Assembly: GCA_965208675.1 (NCBI GenBank)
Contig: OZ242351.1
Span: 832,001 to 896,000 of the forward strand
Direction of reading: 5' to 3'
Source: Candidatus Poribacteria bacterium
GTDB taxonomy: Bacteria > Poribacteria > WGA-4E > PCPOR2b
Length of the DNA: 64,000 nt
Shown here one piece after another: positions 29,225 through 39,549 of this stretch. The translations under genes were made by a program, and so were the position numbers. Below the pieces are notes generated by a model. It searched no databases and was not told the DNA's origin. It was given only the letters and a program-made list of their open reading frames with translations. The first letter of the stretch is position 1, and each line of letters opens with the position of its first letter.

Positions 29225-30523
29225 CTAATAAGCTGCGTGGATAGTAAGCGAAGCGATGTGGTTGGTAAATTTCAGAAAGTCGAAAATTTTGGCTGTTTCG
29301 TTAGTACTATTTTTGGTGAGTTGGTAATCACCGAGTAGGTTAAGGCGGTCCCGGAGTTGCCAATTGAATCGGAGATTCAAGCCCGTCTGATTGTCCTTGC
29401 GTTTCTCGGCGTTTCCGTTTAGAACCAGCCCCTCGCCGCGTACTTCTCGCTCATCGAAATAAATTCCTAAACGGGACAGGCGCACGCGAGCCCAATTATT
29501 GCTGTCAATTTTGTAGAATGCGCTCATCGCTATTTCGATACTGGAATAGTCGTAGAAGCCGACATCAGAGTTGTTCAAGAACAGATTTAATTCTTCTTGC
29601 AATACAAATTGATCGGTCGGAATCTCGACCAGCTTGGCGGATAGAAATTGGCGCAGGTCTGTTCGCGATTCATCCCCTTGCAAGCCCGCAATAAATTGCA
29701 CGAGATTGTTCAGATTATTTCTGTAGTTCTCTCCTTCAATCGAATATTCAAACTTTCCCAATAAACGATTCACTATCCCCACCTGTATACGTGCCACGCC
29801 CTGATGACTCGTGGATCCGACAAGCAGAAAATCCTCCCGCCTTGTCAGGTCATCATCGAATGAGCGCGCGCGGAGATTGTATTCCAATAACTTACCGAAC
29901 CGGAAATTGATTTGGCGCTGTATGCTATCATAGGTGTCATCCCGCCGATCCAATCGCTGTAGTTGGTGTGATAAGCTAAGAAGTGGAAGTTTATCAGTCG
30001 GACGAAAATTAAGTTCTGTCAGAAAGAGATCTGTGAACGCATCAAATTCGTTGAGTTGTCCGTTTTCGCCGCTATAGTTTTCCAGTTGCGGAAAATACTG
30101 GAATTTCAACCCGAAATGAGATCCAAGCGGCAGAGTTCCTTGAAAGTTGACTCCGGCTTGATTTACAATACCTTGAAGCTGCGGGCTTTCGCGTCCCGCA
30201 AGGCTACTCGTATTGGGATCGATGCTCAAACCAAATTCAAGATGATTATTGAACGTATTGCTAAGCTGATAATCAACGGTTAGCTCGGGTTCAAAGATTG
30301 CCGGTTCTTCAATCTCTTGTTCAAACAATTCTTTGCCAAATTGCCTTTGAATCTGGGCCGAGGAGTTCAACACGCCGAATGTCAATTGGACAAAAATGCA
30401 AATCCAGATTGGCAGTTTAAAGCTGGCACGACTTATCTGTTGTTGCAATTGAACGTTCCTATTCCTTTCTAAGCTGAAATTAAGGATTGCAGGGGCATGA
30501 TTCGCGGTCAAAATATACCGCAC
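29225..30523 (-). CDS. Putative outer-membrane beta-barrel protein
   Basis: Signal-like segment, amphipathic strands, C-terminal LTIHAAY. True start is probably later (near 30454). Confidence 0.6.
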   Translation of the reverse strand: MRYILTANHAPAILNFSLERNRNVQLQQQISRASFKLPIWICIFVQLTFGVLNSSAQIQRQFGKELFEQEIEEPAIFEPELTVDYQLSNTFNNHLEFGLSIDPNTSSLAGRESPQLQGIVNQAGVNFQGTLPLGSHFGLKFQYFPQLENYSGENGQLNEFDAFTDLFLTELNFRPTDKLPLLSLSHQLQRLDRRDDTYDSIQRQINFRFGKLLEYNLRARSFDDDLTRREDFLLVGSTSHQGVARIQVGIVNRLLGKFEYSIEGENYRNNLNNLVQFIAGLQGDESRTDLRQFLSAKLVEIPTDQFVLQEELNLFLNNSDVGFYDYSSIEIAMSAFYKIDSNNWARVRLSRLGIYFDEREVRGEGLVLNGNAEKRKDNQTGLNLRFNWQLRDRLNLLGDYQLTKNSTNETAKIFDFLKFTNHIASLTIHAAY

Positions 30524-30588
30524 TCAATTGGCCGGTCATCGTATATTAAATTTAACACGTCCGCTCGCTTTTAAAAAGTAATCTCTTC

Positions 30589-31823
30589 TTATGGGAAGTA
30601 GCGATTCGGAATCAACTGCAAGCGACGCCCATCACACAAGCGAACTTTCCATCAACGGATAAACTGATCGGGGGATGCTGCGGCAAATCAACTGCGGATA
30701 TGACTCTGTAATTCTCATCATCGGCGGCATCGGCAATCAAGAATACACCGTTGCTACTTGTCGTACAAAGCGTGATTCCCATGAGTTGAATTTCAGTAAT
30801 CCGCCCCAGTAAGTTATCAGGCACGCGGACGGTCTTGCTCCATTTATCTTGTTCCATCAGCAAAACGCTACGAGGCGTAATGGCGGCATGCGTGGGCGTT
30901 CGATCGCTAATCTTGCGCTTTTCACTAAAGTAAAGATGCGCGAGATGGCTTGCGGCCGGATGAAAATATTTAAACTCTCCACGTATTGATGAAAGGCTGC
31001 GCCGTGCCAAGGCGATGCTTTGCCACGATCTCGAATCAACATATACCAGATGATCTTGTGAAACGCGCATCTTGTCAAACCACCCGTGAAATTCCAAAAG
31101 GTTCGTTCGATTCAATAATTCTTCCCAAATTTCAGGAGAAAACGACGGAGAATTAGGAAGCTGGATTATTTGAACCTTCGCTCCGTCGGCTCACACGCCA
31201 AGCAGCCAATAGTCATAAACTGTTACGGACTGGATCAGTCGAGGATGAACGGGGTCCGCTAAATCTAGAACGTGCAAATAGTGGTTTGTATCCATCACAT
31301 AAGCATAGGAGGCGTGGAGATTGATGTCCCGCACGGGCATGTTTTCATAAGATTCAGGACCGCCTGTCCACATAACAACTGGTTGGTGTGGATTCGATAT
31401 GTCCACTGTGTGCAGCCCATGACTGCTGCCAACATAAAGAAAATTCTGATATAATCTTACTTGATTGATTTTACCGGGCAACTCGACAGATGCAACAATC
31501 TTTAGATTCTGAGGGGTAGAGAGATTGATTATGTACAGCCCGCCGCTAGTTGTTGTACAGGCATACCCCTTCGAGAAAATAACATTGTTGTTTTTGTTGC
31601 TAAACGATTGAAGAGCAATTGAACTGAGAACTCGGGGATTTTGAAAATCCGATACATCAAGAATCGACAAAACGGTTTGATTATCGTTGACTCCGGCGGA
31701 CGTTACTTTGTTCTGTTCGATACCGATTACACTGCAACTCAGATGAACCAACATGATGAGGGTAAAAAACAATACCATCAGAGAAAATTTAACTGCTTGC
31801 CGATTCACATTTCGTGCACGCAT
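30589..31823 (-). pseudogene. LVIVD-repeat lipoprotein, interrupted
   Basis: LVIVD repeats (GLYIINLSTP, GLHTVDISNP, LHVLDLADP). The in-frame TGA at 31191-31193 is followed by the same frame to 30612, with a probable frameshift near 30630. Confidence 0.65.
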
Positions 31824-31887
31824 TGTTTGTCCCTCCATTGCGTAAACGGGAGTAGGTTGATGACCGCGTGTGAGCAGCGTACAATCA

Positions 31888-32127
31888 TTAGTAAATTGTG
31901 CAGACGCCGCCTGCGCAACTGCTGCCGGCTTTCTGAGTAATATCCCCGGCGACAGCGGATTCCTCGCTGGCTTCGAAATCCGCCAGCACTTCGGCAGTTT
32001 CATTTGCCGTCGGCGAAAACCCGACCTGAAACTGGCCAGTCGTCGTAAAGTTGGTAACACATCCCGTAATACTGATTGATGCCAAAATTGCAAAAATAAC
32101 GCAGCAATTCATCAAACGGGTAAGCAT
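31888..32127 (-). CDS. Small lipoprotein with C-terminal CAGGVC motif
   Basis: RBS AAGGAGGT, lipobox ITGC, ends SSCAGGVCTIY. Confidence 0.7.
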   Translation of the reverse strand: MLTRLMNCCVIFAILASISITGCVTNFTTTGQFQVGFSPTANETAEVLADFEASEESAVAGDITQKAGSSCAGGVCTIY

Positions 32128-32178
32128 GAAAGTAACCTCCTTATAACCACGGTTTTTCAGGATACGTGATTTTTTCAT

Positions 32179-33351
32179 TCATAACCTCACCTGTTGATAT
32201 TCAACTTCATCAAGGTTATTCGTACCGAGTCCCAATCGCCATGAAGACCGAATGTATTTGGTAGATTGAGCGGGTTTTAACCCCTCCTCTTGGCGCTTCT
32301 CATTTATGGTTTCCAACGCAATCTGATCGACTGCAACTGGATCGGGACTTACCAGTAAACCTCCATATTTCCACACACCGTTTGGATCATATACCGGTCC
32401 TCCATTAAACGCGGCAAGCAATCCATCGGCGATATTTAACACAATCTTGTCTTGAATAACAGGGTGGGCAAATATTTCCCCAATCGCGGGGTCACAATTC
32501 AGCGGGTTTGAGTGGAACCTGGATGTATTGTCAACACTTCCAAATGCAAGGTTTTTCAAGCAGCCGCTTATCCCGGTAATCGCATGGTGCTTAATTACGG
32601 GGACGTTAATGATTGCCGAAACCTTGTCGGTAAGAATCTTGGAGTACCTGGATGCAGTGCTTCCATTCACGCGGCGAACTTCAACATCTTTTTCAGTTTC
32701 ATAGAATATTTCGTCATCATACCCGACGCCTGTACTATCTGACGCAAAGCAACGCACGCCTTGGCTGCTCTGGTTGATTTTGTATCCGGCGTTGATTAAA
32801 TGCGCCTCGAATCGATCCCAGACGATAACTTGATTGTTGAGAACACCGGCTTCGTAAAGTTGATCGACGATCGTATCGACAAGGATCTGATGCGTGCAGA
32901 GGTTTTTCCCGCCTATGGGATTAACCTTTATGCCGATGATGTCGTGGGGCAGCACAAACTCTCGCCACGCCTCCTTCACGGAATCTAGACCTGTTAGCTT
33001 GATCATTGCGCGACTGAGCATTTCTCCGACAATCTGTCCATTGAGCGAATCACCGTCCCACACCGTTTCGTCGATAACTTCAACCACGGGGGTTAAGTCT
33101 TGTAAGGTGGATTCATCTAACGGTAGATGGCCCTCTTGAGCGTACGAAGGTTCATTTCTCTGAACGAGTGCTCCTAGCGCTAACCCACTACCAATCGCTC
33201 CTTTTGCCGTCCGAGCAATGAAGCGGCGCCGATTCATCCGCTTAGTTTTCAAACTGGATGAATGCGATGCGCTGTCCCTCTCACGTGAAACGAGCCGGCA
33301 ATCTTCAATTATCTGTTCCGTAATCGGATCGATTGATGTCAGTTTCTCCAT
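32179..33351 (-). CDS. DUF362 domain protein with Tat signal
   Basis: NRRRFI twin-arginine motif, IGIKVN, INVPVIKHH...SGCLKNLAFG, DPVAVD. Confidence 0.88.
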   Translation of the reverse strand: MEKLTSIDPITEQIIEDCRLVSRERDSASHSSSLKTKRMNRRRFIARTAKGAIGSGLALGALVQRNEPSYAQEGHLPLDESTLQDLTPVVEVIDETVWDGDSLNGQIVGEMLSRAMIKLTGLDSVKEAWREFVLPHDIIGIKVNPIGGKNLCTHQILVDTIVDQLYEAGVLNNQVIVWDRFEAHLINAGYKINQSSQGVRCFASDSTGVGYDDEIFYETEKDVEVRRVNGSTASRYSKILTDKVSAIINVPVIKHHAITGISGCLKNLAFGSVDNTSRFHSNPLNCDPAIGEIFAHPVIQDKIVLNIADGLLAAFNGGPVYDPNGVWKYGGLLVSPDPVAVDQIALETINEKRQEEGLKPAQSTKYIRSSWRLGLGTNNLDEVEYQQVRL

Positions 33352-33890
33352 CGGTCAAACAACTTCCTCCTATAATCACAATTCATTCTGGTATCTCATT
33401 CAATCGACTTCGAACAACGGGCTATAGTTTTCTCAATTCATCAAGCACGGTGACGATAGAAATAGAATTGCCAATCCGATTATCGCCGGACTTGCACCTG
33501 ACGATCGTTGTTTTGACAAATAATATAGCCATTGCGACCAATAAGTCTAATACACTGATTTCTTTGATTGGTTTGTGGGAGAGGCTTCCCAACCTCGATT
33601 TCAAATGAGTGGATTGCTCTTTATGTGAATATGAACCGGCATCGCATAGCTTTCAATCCACAACTTCTGTCCACATCTTCTTCTCCTACGGAAAGGTGCC
33701 AAGTCGCGCGCCAGCATACCCGCGTTATTCAGCCGCTTTATGGCTTATGGACAATATTCAAAACACCGCTATCCAGAATGTCAATACGGACGACGCGAAG
33801 TGGCGTTTAAAGGAGTTGATTACGGTATGCATAAGAATCCCCACAATCTCCCCAAATATCAAGATTACATCCCTGCCGCCAAACCTCACA

Positions 33891-34733
33891 TTAAATCTCC
33901 GCGAATTCAGGTTCTACAGAATCTGAAATAATGCCAGATTCGTAACCACGCCGAAGCAGTTCTTTGACCCCCGCTCTACCTTTAACGCCGAAGTCAAGCG
34001 TGTAGTCGTTCACAAACATTCCAACAAATTGATCCGCAAGTTCCATCTCCATATCACGTGCATATGTCATTGAATACGCCAATCCCTGCTCACGGTGTTC
34101 GAGCGCGTATCGAATGCTCTGTTTTAGGAGCGACGCAATTTTATGTATTTTTTCTTCTCCGATATCTCGGCGGATGGCATAAGCCCCTACCGGAAGCGGC
34201 AATCCCGATTCTTCATACCACCATTGCCCCAAATCAACAACTTTACATAGGCCCGCACGCGCATAAGTTAACAGACCTTCGTGGATTATCAATCCGGCAT
34301 CTGCCCGTCCGTCGTTTACGTATTCCGATATCTTATCGAACGGGACAAACTCAGGTCGAAAGTCCGGCTGGAAAAGACGCATTGTCAAATTAGCCGTTGT
34401 CATTTCGCCGGGAATTGCGACCGTCTTACCCGCTAGGGCATCGCGAGACATCTGGTCTTTAGAGATCACAAGCGGACCGAATCGATCTCCAATGCTCGCG
34501 CCGCAGGGAGCCAATACGTAGTTGTCTGCAACATAAGGGTATGCGTGGACAGAAATGGCTGTAACCTCTAATTCCGCTTCGAGCGCACGGCGATTTAAGC
34601 TCTCAATATCTTCAACGACGCACTCAATCTCAAGAGTATTGGTAGGGATGTGTCCTTCGGCGAGGGCATAAAACATAAAGGCGTCATCAGAACCAGAGTT
34701 GTGACCAATTCGTATTTTTTCGGTGAGCGGCAT
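33891..34733 (-). CDS. mqnD: 1,4-dihydroxy-6-naphthoate synthase (futalosine pathway)
   Basis: DDAFMFYAL, DIESLN, AIPGEMTTA, GLIIHEG, DLGQWW...GLPLP. Confidence 0.85.
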   Translation of the reverse strand: MPLTEKIRIGHNSGSDDAFMFYALAEGHIPTNTLEIECVVEDIESLNRRALEAELEVTAISVHAYPYVADNYVLAPCGASIGDRFGPLVISKDQMSRDALAGKTVAIPGEMTTANLTMRLFQPDFRPEFVPFDKISEYVNDGRADAGLIIHEGLLTYARAGLCKVVDLGQWWYEESGLPLPVGAYAIRRDIGEEKIHKIASLLKQSIRYALEHREQGLAYSMTYARDMEMELADQFVGMFVNDYTLDFGVKGRAGVKELLRRGYESGIISDSVEPEFAEI

Positions 34734-35323
34734 TGTTTCCTCCTACGGCTATCCAAAATCGCTTTTGTATTTGTAGACGTAAAATTGATGTTGCTCGCTT
34801 TAAGCAAAACTGTGCAAATTATAGCAGACTGAAAGAGTCAAGTCAAGGCTTGGCTAAACCGGAAGGCTCGCAATCGAGGAAAAGATCAATCTCTTGTTCA
34901 GTCCGAATTAGCAAATTGTTTAAGAGTGGAAGATTAGGGGTTTTGTGTTCAAGTATGATATTGCACCGACCGTTACGCGGCCGTTCTTTGCAATCTATGC
35001 CTTTCTCGGTTGAATTCGTTTGATTTCCCGCACATGATGGGTTCAGCTATCCTAAGATGGTGGATTAGAGTGAGAAGTAAAGGTCGAATTTGGTTGACCC
35101 GAAGGACTTCCGTCGGTATCAACAAATTGCTTGTTCTAACATAACATGAACACTACCGTTTTTTGAACCTGTGTTTGTTTGCGTTTCGTTAATGGCATTG
35201 TGGACAGTGTTGCTAACTTTCCGGTTAACTGACCGCAATCCACTCAGAAGGATCAAGGAAACAGAAGATGACCACCATAGCGTTCCAATAAAGATAATAA
35301 TCCTCAACAATAGCGGCATTTTT

Positions 35324-36595
35324 ATGAACAATATTGAAATTTCATCTCAACCTCATGAAAAACACAACTTCACTGTATTTGTTGTGAATCAGGTATTGGG
35401 GCGCATCGGCTGGATATTTAAGAACGAAACTGTCATCATCCCGCGATTCTTTGATTTTCACAGCCCGTTGGGTGTAATGCGTGGATTCCTCCCACTAATC
35501 ATTGGAGTCGGGCAAAGTTTACCTCAGTTTCTCATTGCATACCCGGTTTCAAAGATGACTAGAAAAAAAGGCGTGTTCATACTTTCTGCATTTGGCATCG
35601 CCATCCCTTGGTTTGTTTTGGCGGTGATATTAGAACGGACAGAGTACGCTGGACCTGTCATCATCGGGATTTTTCTTGTATCGCACTCACTAAGCTGGTT
35701 AATGCAGGGCTGCAATGGCCTTGCAGTGGGCGTCCTGCAGGGAAAGCTAATTCGCATTGATCAACGTGGGCGGCTGTTAGCTTATGACAACAGTATCGGG
35801 TGTCTCCTCGCAATCGCTGCTTTTTGGCTGGTCATGCCACATTGGCTTCGAGAAGGAAATACACATTATGCGTGGATATTTGGCACCGCCGGGGGTTTCT
35901 TCGCTCTATCTGCGTGCGCCAGTTTCTATTTTCGGGAAACGCCGGATTGGTATTCTTGGGAGTCTACCGGTTCATCCGCGCCGACCTCTCTTGCGCAGTT
36001 TCTTAGTTCGGGATTGATGCTAGTACGTTATGACCGGAACATTCGAATGCTGGCGGTTGTTATCGTGTTATACTATTTTGCGCGGGTGCTCGTCCCGCAT
36101 TACACGGTATTTGGGATGCGGCGATTGGGATTGGTACCAGCAAACTTTTTTTGGATAATAACGGTACAGAATATCGCAAACGCATTCGGTTATTGGGCAA
36201 TTGGTCACATAGCCGACCGGAAAGGCAACCGAATTATATTGCGTATGATTATATTCATTGGTGCTTTCGCCCCGATGGTAGCAATTGGAATCAGCCGGTT
36301 ACCCCTGGGAACTGACTTGTATTGGTTGGTGTACGCTTTTCTGGGGTTCTTTCCGACATCGTATCGGGTTGTGATGAACTACACGCTTGAGATCGCGCCG
36401 CGTGAAAAGCACGCACAATATTTGGGAGTGGTAAACCTAATTCAGGCTTGCTCGCTGATTGCATCGCCGCTGATCGGACTATTAATTGATGAATTCTCTT
36501 TCGAACCGGTGTTTATTTCCTGCGGTATATTGGCGCTGTCGGCGGCATTGCTAACTTTCCGGCTGACGGAACCCAGGCACTCTCGCATTCTTTAG
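35324..36595 (+). CDS. MFS transporter
   Basis: About 12 TM, with motif A-like GHIADRKGNR. Confidence 0.85.
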   Translation: MNNIEISSQPHEKHNFTVFVVNQVLGRIGWIFKNETVIIPRFFDFHSPLGVMRGFLPLIIGVGQSLPQFLIAYPVSKMTRKKGVFILSAFGIAIPWFVLAVILERTEYAGPVIIGIFLVSHSLSWLMQGCNGLAVGVLQGKLIRIDQRGRLLAYDNSIGCLLAIAAFWLVMPHWLREGNTHYAWIFGTAGGFFALSACASFYFRETPDWYSWESTGSSAPTSLAQFLSSGLMLVRYDRNIRMLAVVIVLYYFARVLVPHYTVFGMRRLGLVPANFFWIITVQNIANAFGYWAIGHIADRKGNRIILRMIIFIGAFAPMVAIGISRLPLGTDLYWLVYAFLGFFPTSYRVVMNYTLEIAPREKHAQYLGVVNLIQACSLIASPLIGLLIDEFSFEPVFISCGILALSAALLTFRLTEPRHSRIL

Positions 36596-37174
36596 TCAAA
36601 ATAACTTCTGCAATTCCTTTTCATAAATTGCTTTTTCGCCCTGCGCCCCGTCAAACACTTGTACGATTCTACCTACGCGATTAATGAGGTACGCAGAAGG
36701 TATAGCTGTAAGTTTATATTCCTCGACAATTCCGGGCTCCGCCAGGAGAATTGTGTAGTTGACCCCCAACCTCTCAATAAAAGGCTTGACCACCTCAAGC
36801 CCCTCTTCATCCAGAGAAATACCGACCATCTCAAACCCTTGCGTGCGATATCCTTCGTAGAGTTCGACGAAAATGGGAATCTCCTCTTCACACGGTTTAC
36901 ACCAGGTCGCCCAGAAATCCAGAAGAACAATTTTACCCTCATAGTCCGAAAGACTGACTTCTTCTAACTCAGTGCTTGCTAACGTGAAAGCGGGAGCTAG
37001 CGGCAAAGATTCGTCCACGGCGAGACCGGGCTCCATCGTGTCGTCACCGTTCGCTGCATCACCATTTGTCATTTTTTGATCATCAGGGTCCATTATCGTG
37101 TCCGTATCGGAGCAGCCAATTATCACTAGTACCCAGAGAACCAGAGTGAAAATACTCAACAATCTTGAACGCAT
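36596..37174 (-). CDS. TlpA-family thiol:disulfide oxidoreductase lipoprotein
   Basis: Lipobox IIGC, DFWATWCKPC, IPSAYLINR. Confidence 0.92.
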   Translation of the reverse strand: MRSRLLSIFTLVLWVLVIIGCSDTDTIMDPDDQKMTNGDAANGDDTMEPGLAVDESLPLAPAFTLASTELEEVSLSDYEGKIVLLDFWATWCKPCEEEIPIFVELYEGYRTQGFEMVGISLDEEGLEVVKPFIERLGVNYTILLAEPGIVEEYKLTAIPSAYLINRVGRIVQVFDGAQGEKAIYEKELQKLF

Positions 37175-37309
37175 GTGTCGCCTCCCAATAAGCAATTCTA
37201 ATTTTTATATTATAGCCCCAAAGATGCTAAGATTACGATATTTTATTTGGTTGCAAAATAGAATCTTGATTTACTAGCACAATTGACTCCTCCGAAATCC
37301 AAGATTCGC

Positions 37310-38248
37310 TTACCTACCCAATCGCAGTATGGTTCCATTAGCCCCAACAATCCAGCCTTGATTTTTATAGAGGCAAATATCAAGAAGGTTATGTTCTGCT
37401 AGGCTCGGTTGTGTTTCCCAGCTTTGCCCACCATTGACTGTGTGTAAAATCAATCCATGTTCGCCCACTGCCCAGCCTTTTCGATCATTGAGAAATGCGA
37501 CAGCTCGTAAAGTTTTCTTGGTATTGCTTTTTTGCCGTACCCAGTTTGCTCCCCCGTTCACCGTGTTCAAAATCAAACCGTTCACGCCAACAATCCACCC
37601 GTTCTCCACGTCGGCAAAATAAACACCGAACAGTGGTTCTTCCGTGTTGCTCTGCTGTTCAAGCCAGGATGCACCGCCGTTTGAAGTATAGGAGACTTTG
37701 CCTTGCTCTCCGACCATCCAGCCATTCTGATCGTCAACAAAATTCACCGCCCATGCGTGTGTGCCCGTCGGCGACTGCTGATTCTCCCACCGACGGCCGC
37801 CGTTGTTCGTGTGAAGAATCGTTCCACTTCCCCCAACTGCCCAGCCTTCTGCCGGACTCACGAAGTAGACGTCCAACAAACCAGCCTGCTTGGCATTGGT
37901 TTGTCTTGTCCACGACTTGCCGCCGCTTGCAGTATAGAAAATTTGTCCCGTCCTATTGACAAACCACCCGTGGGTTGAACTAGAAAAATGCACTTTATTG
38001 ATTACAGAATTGGGAATTGCGTCGTTTTCCGGCTGAATCGCCCACGTCACACCGCCATCCGTAGTGGCTAAAACCACACTATCCTCACCGACTGCCCATC
38101 CATGCTTGCTATCCACAAAATGGACACCATATAAGTGAGCATCTGTTCCTGATTCAGCGAACTGCCAACGAATTCCCGCGGTATCTCGATTGCAAGCGGC
38201 AAGGACGGTTATACCAGTTAACACTAGCAATACCGCACGATGTTTCAT
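37310..38248 (-). CDS. YCF48-related beta-propeller lipoprotein
   Basis: Lipobox LAAC and seven repeats of LxxVxFxDxxxGWxVGxxGxILxTxxGGxxW. Confidence 0.9.
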   Translation of the reverse strand: MKHRAVLLVLTGITVLAACNRDTAGIRWQFAESGTDAHLYGVHFVDSKHGWAVGEDSVVLATTDGGVTWAIQPENDAIPNSVINKVHFSSSTHGWFVNRTGQIFYTASGGKSWTRQTNAKQAGLLDVYFVSPAEGWAVGGSGTILHTNNGGRRWENQQSPTGTHAWAVNFVDDQNGWMVGEQGKVSYTSNGGASWLEQQSNTEEPLFGVYFADVENGWIVGVNGLILNTVNGGANWVRQKSNTKKTLRAVAFLNDRKGWAVGEHGLILHTVNGGQSWETQPSLAEHNLLDICLYKNQGWIVGANGTILRLGR

Positions 38249-38432
38249 CAAGTTTTGCCTCCTCGGCAATTTTCCTTAAGTTGTTCCGATTCGATGTACA
38301 AATTAACTTGCAAATTAAGCGGCGGTTTTGTATGCGCTCATCTAGGACACAATGGACCTTATCTTTTTGTTACGAGTTCTCACTAAATGTTTCGAGAAAA
38401 ACGAGTCAACAGTCAGGAAACTGGAATTTGTG

Positions 38433-38461
38433 TTGACAAACCGATGTGCGTATGCTAAGCT
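38433..38461 (+). promoter_or_regulatory. Sigma70 promoter
   Basis: TTGACA-17nt-TAAGCT with extended -10 TG. Confidence 0.7.
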
Positions 38462-38465
38462 ATCG

Positions 38466-38604
38466 CTATCTCAATAAGCGAAAGGGGGTGATCATTCTGT
38501 CATTTAGCGGAATGGTCAAGGGAGGTGCGGCCTCCTGAGGGGTCGTCCCTCCCTTGACTATTAATCCAGCTACAAGGCGGGGCTGAATTTTAGCCCCGCT
38601 TTTT
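38466..38604 (+). ncRNA. Candidate ~135-nt structured sRNA or attenuator upstream of dapB
   Basis: Own promoter, a 21-bp hairpin at 38513-38560 and an intrinsic terminator; no convincing ORF. Confidence 0.55.
38577..38604 (+). terminator. Rho-independent terminator
   Basis: GCGGGGCTGA-ATT-TTAGCCCCGC followed by TTTTT. Confidence 0.8.
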
Positions 38605-38704
38605 ATTTCGATTTACACACAATGGCAAATACCCCGCGCTCCAAACATCTTAAAAGAAAAATTGAATGAACATCTCATCACGTATGGAAAAGGAAGAAAG
38701 AAAG

Positions 38705-39508
38705 ATGATTCGTGTAATTGTTGATGGTGTGTGTGGACGAATGGGCAAACTGTTGGCACAAGGCGTGACCCGCGAGGAGGACATGAAACTTGTCGGTGCG
38801 GTAGAATTTGCCGGACACCCTAATGTCGGTGAAGATGCTGGCGAGATGTTGGGAATGGGGCGGCTCGGCGTACCCGTAAGAGGAAGCCTTTCTGAAGTTG
38901 TCTGTGACAGCGATGTAGTCATAGAATTTACCAAACCAGAAGCGACCCTTGAAAACGTCCGAGCAGTGGTTGAAGCAAACCGGGCGATGGTAATTGGAAC
39001 AACCGGATTTACGGACAATCAACTCGCCGAACTACAAGCATTAGCGGCGAAAATCCGCTGTGTGATGGCGCCAAATATGAGTGTCGGCGTCAATGTTATG
39101 TTGCAAGCGATTCAGCTAGTCGCAAAGGCGCTCGGAGCTGACTACGATGTTGAGGTCATCGAGGCGCACCATAACGAAAAGGTAGACGCTCCAAGCGGTA
39201 CGGCGATTCGGATTGCCGAAACCCTATCCTCCGCTCTTGACAGAAGTCTGCCCCAAGCGGCAGTTTATGGCCGCCATGGGATTGTAGGGAAACGTACAGA
39301 AAAGGAGATTGGGATACACGCCATTCGCGGCGGGGATATCGCCGGTGACCACACCGTACTCTTCGCTGGAGCAGGTGAGCGAATCGAGATTGTGCATCGC
39401 GCACATACGCCCGAAGCTTTTGCGAAAGGGGCAATCCGTGCAGCAAGGTGGGTCGTTGCGGCGCCGCCGGGATTGCACGACATTGGAGAAGTTTTGTTTT
39501 CACAATAA
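38705..39508 (+). CDS. dapB: 4-hydroxy-tetrahydrodipicolinate reductase
   Basis: GRMG, VIGTTG, EAHHNEKVDAPSGTA, IRGGDIAGDHTV. Confidence 0.97.
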   Translation: MIRVIVDGVCGRMGKLLAQGVTREEDMKLVGAVEFAGHPNVGEDAGEMLGMGRLGVPVRGSLSEVVCDSDVVIEFTKPEATLENVRAVVEANRAMVIGTTGFTDNQLAELQALAAKIRCVMAPNMSVGVNVMLQAIQLVAKALGADYDVEVIEAHHNEKVDAPSGTAIRIAETLSSALDRSLPQAAVYGRHGIVGKRTEKEIGIHAIRGGDIAGDHTVLFAGAGERIEIVHRAHTPEAFAKGAIRAARWVVAAPPGLHDIGEVLFSQ

Positions 39509-39549
39509 AATGGTGGAGTGGCAAATTTTACACCTTCTACTGGTGCGAA

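Noticed and set aside
31191-31193. Selenocysteine at the in-frame TGA
   Set aside because: No convincing SECIS, the context is not a redox motif, and a second lesion suggests pseudogenisation.
31824-32093. N-terminal extension of the 300-aa LVIVD ORF
   Set aside because: It overlaps the mini-lipoprotein gene; a better start with RBS GGAGGG is at 31823.
33650-33680. DnaA-box-like ATCCACA/GTCCACA in the intergenic gap
   Set aside because: Only 7/9 matches, two copies, and no origin-associated genes nearby.
38515-38604. Lysine riboswitch upstream of dapB (GAGGTGCG motif)
   Set aside because: It lacks the AGUA loop-E partner and the five-helix junction, is too short, and the motif is buried in a simple hairpin.
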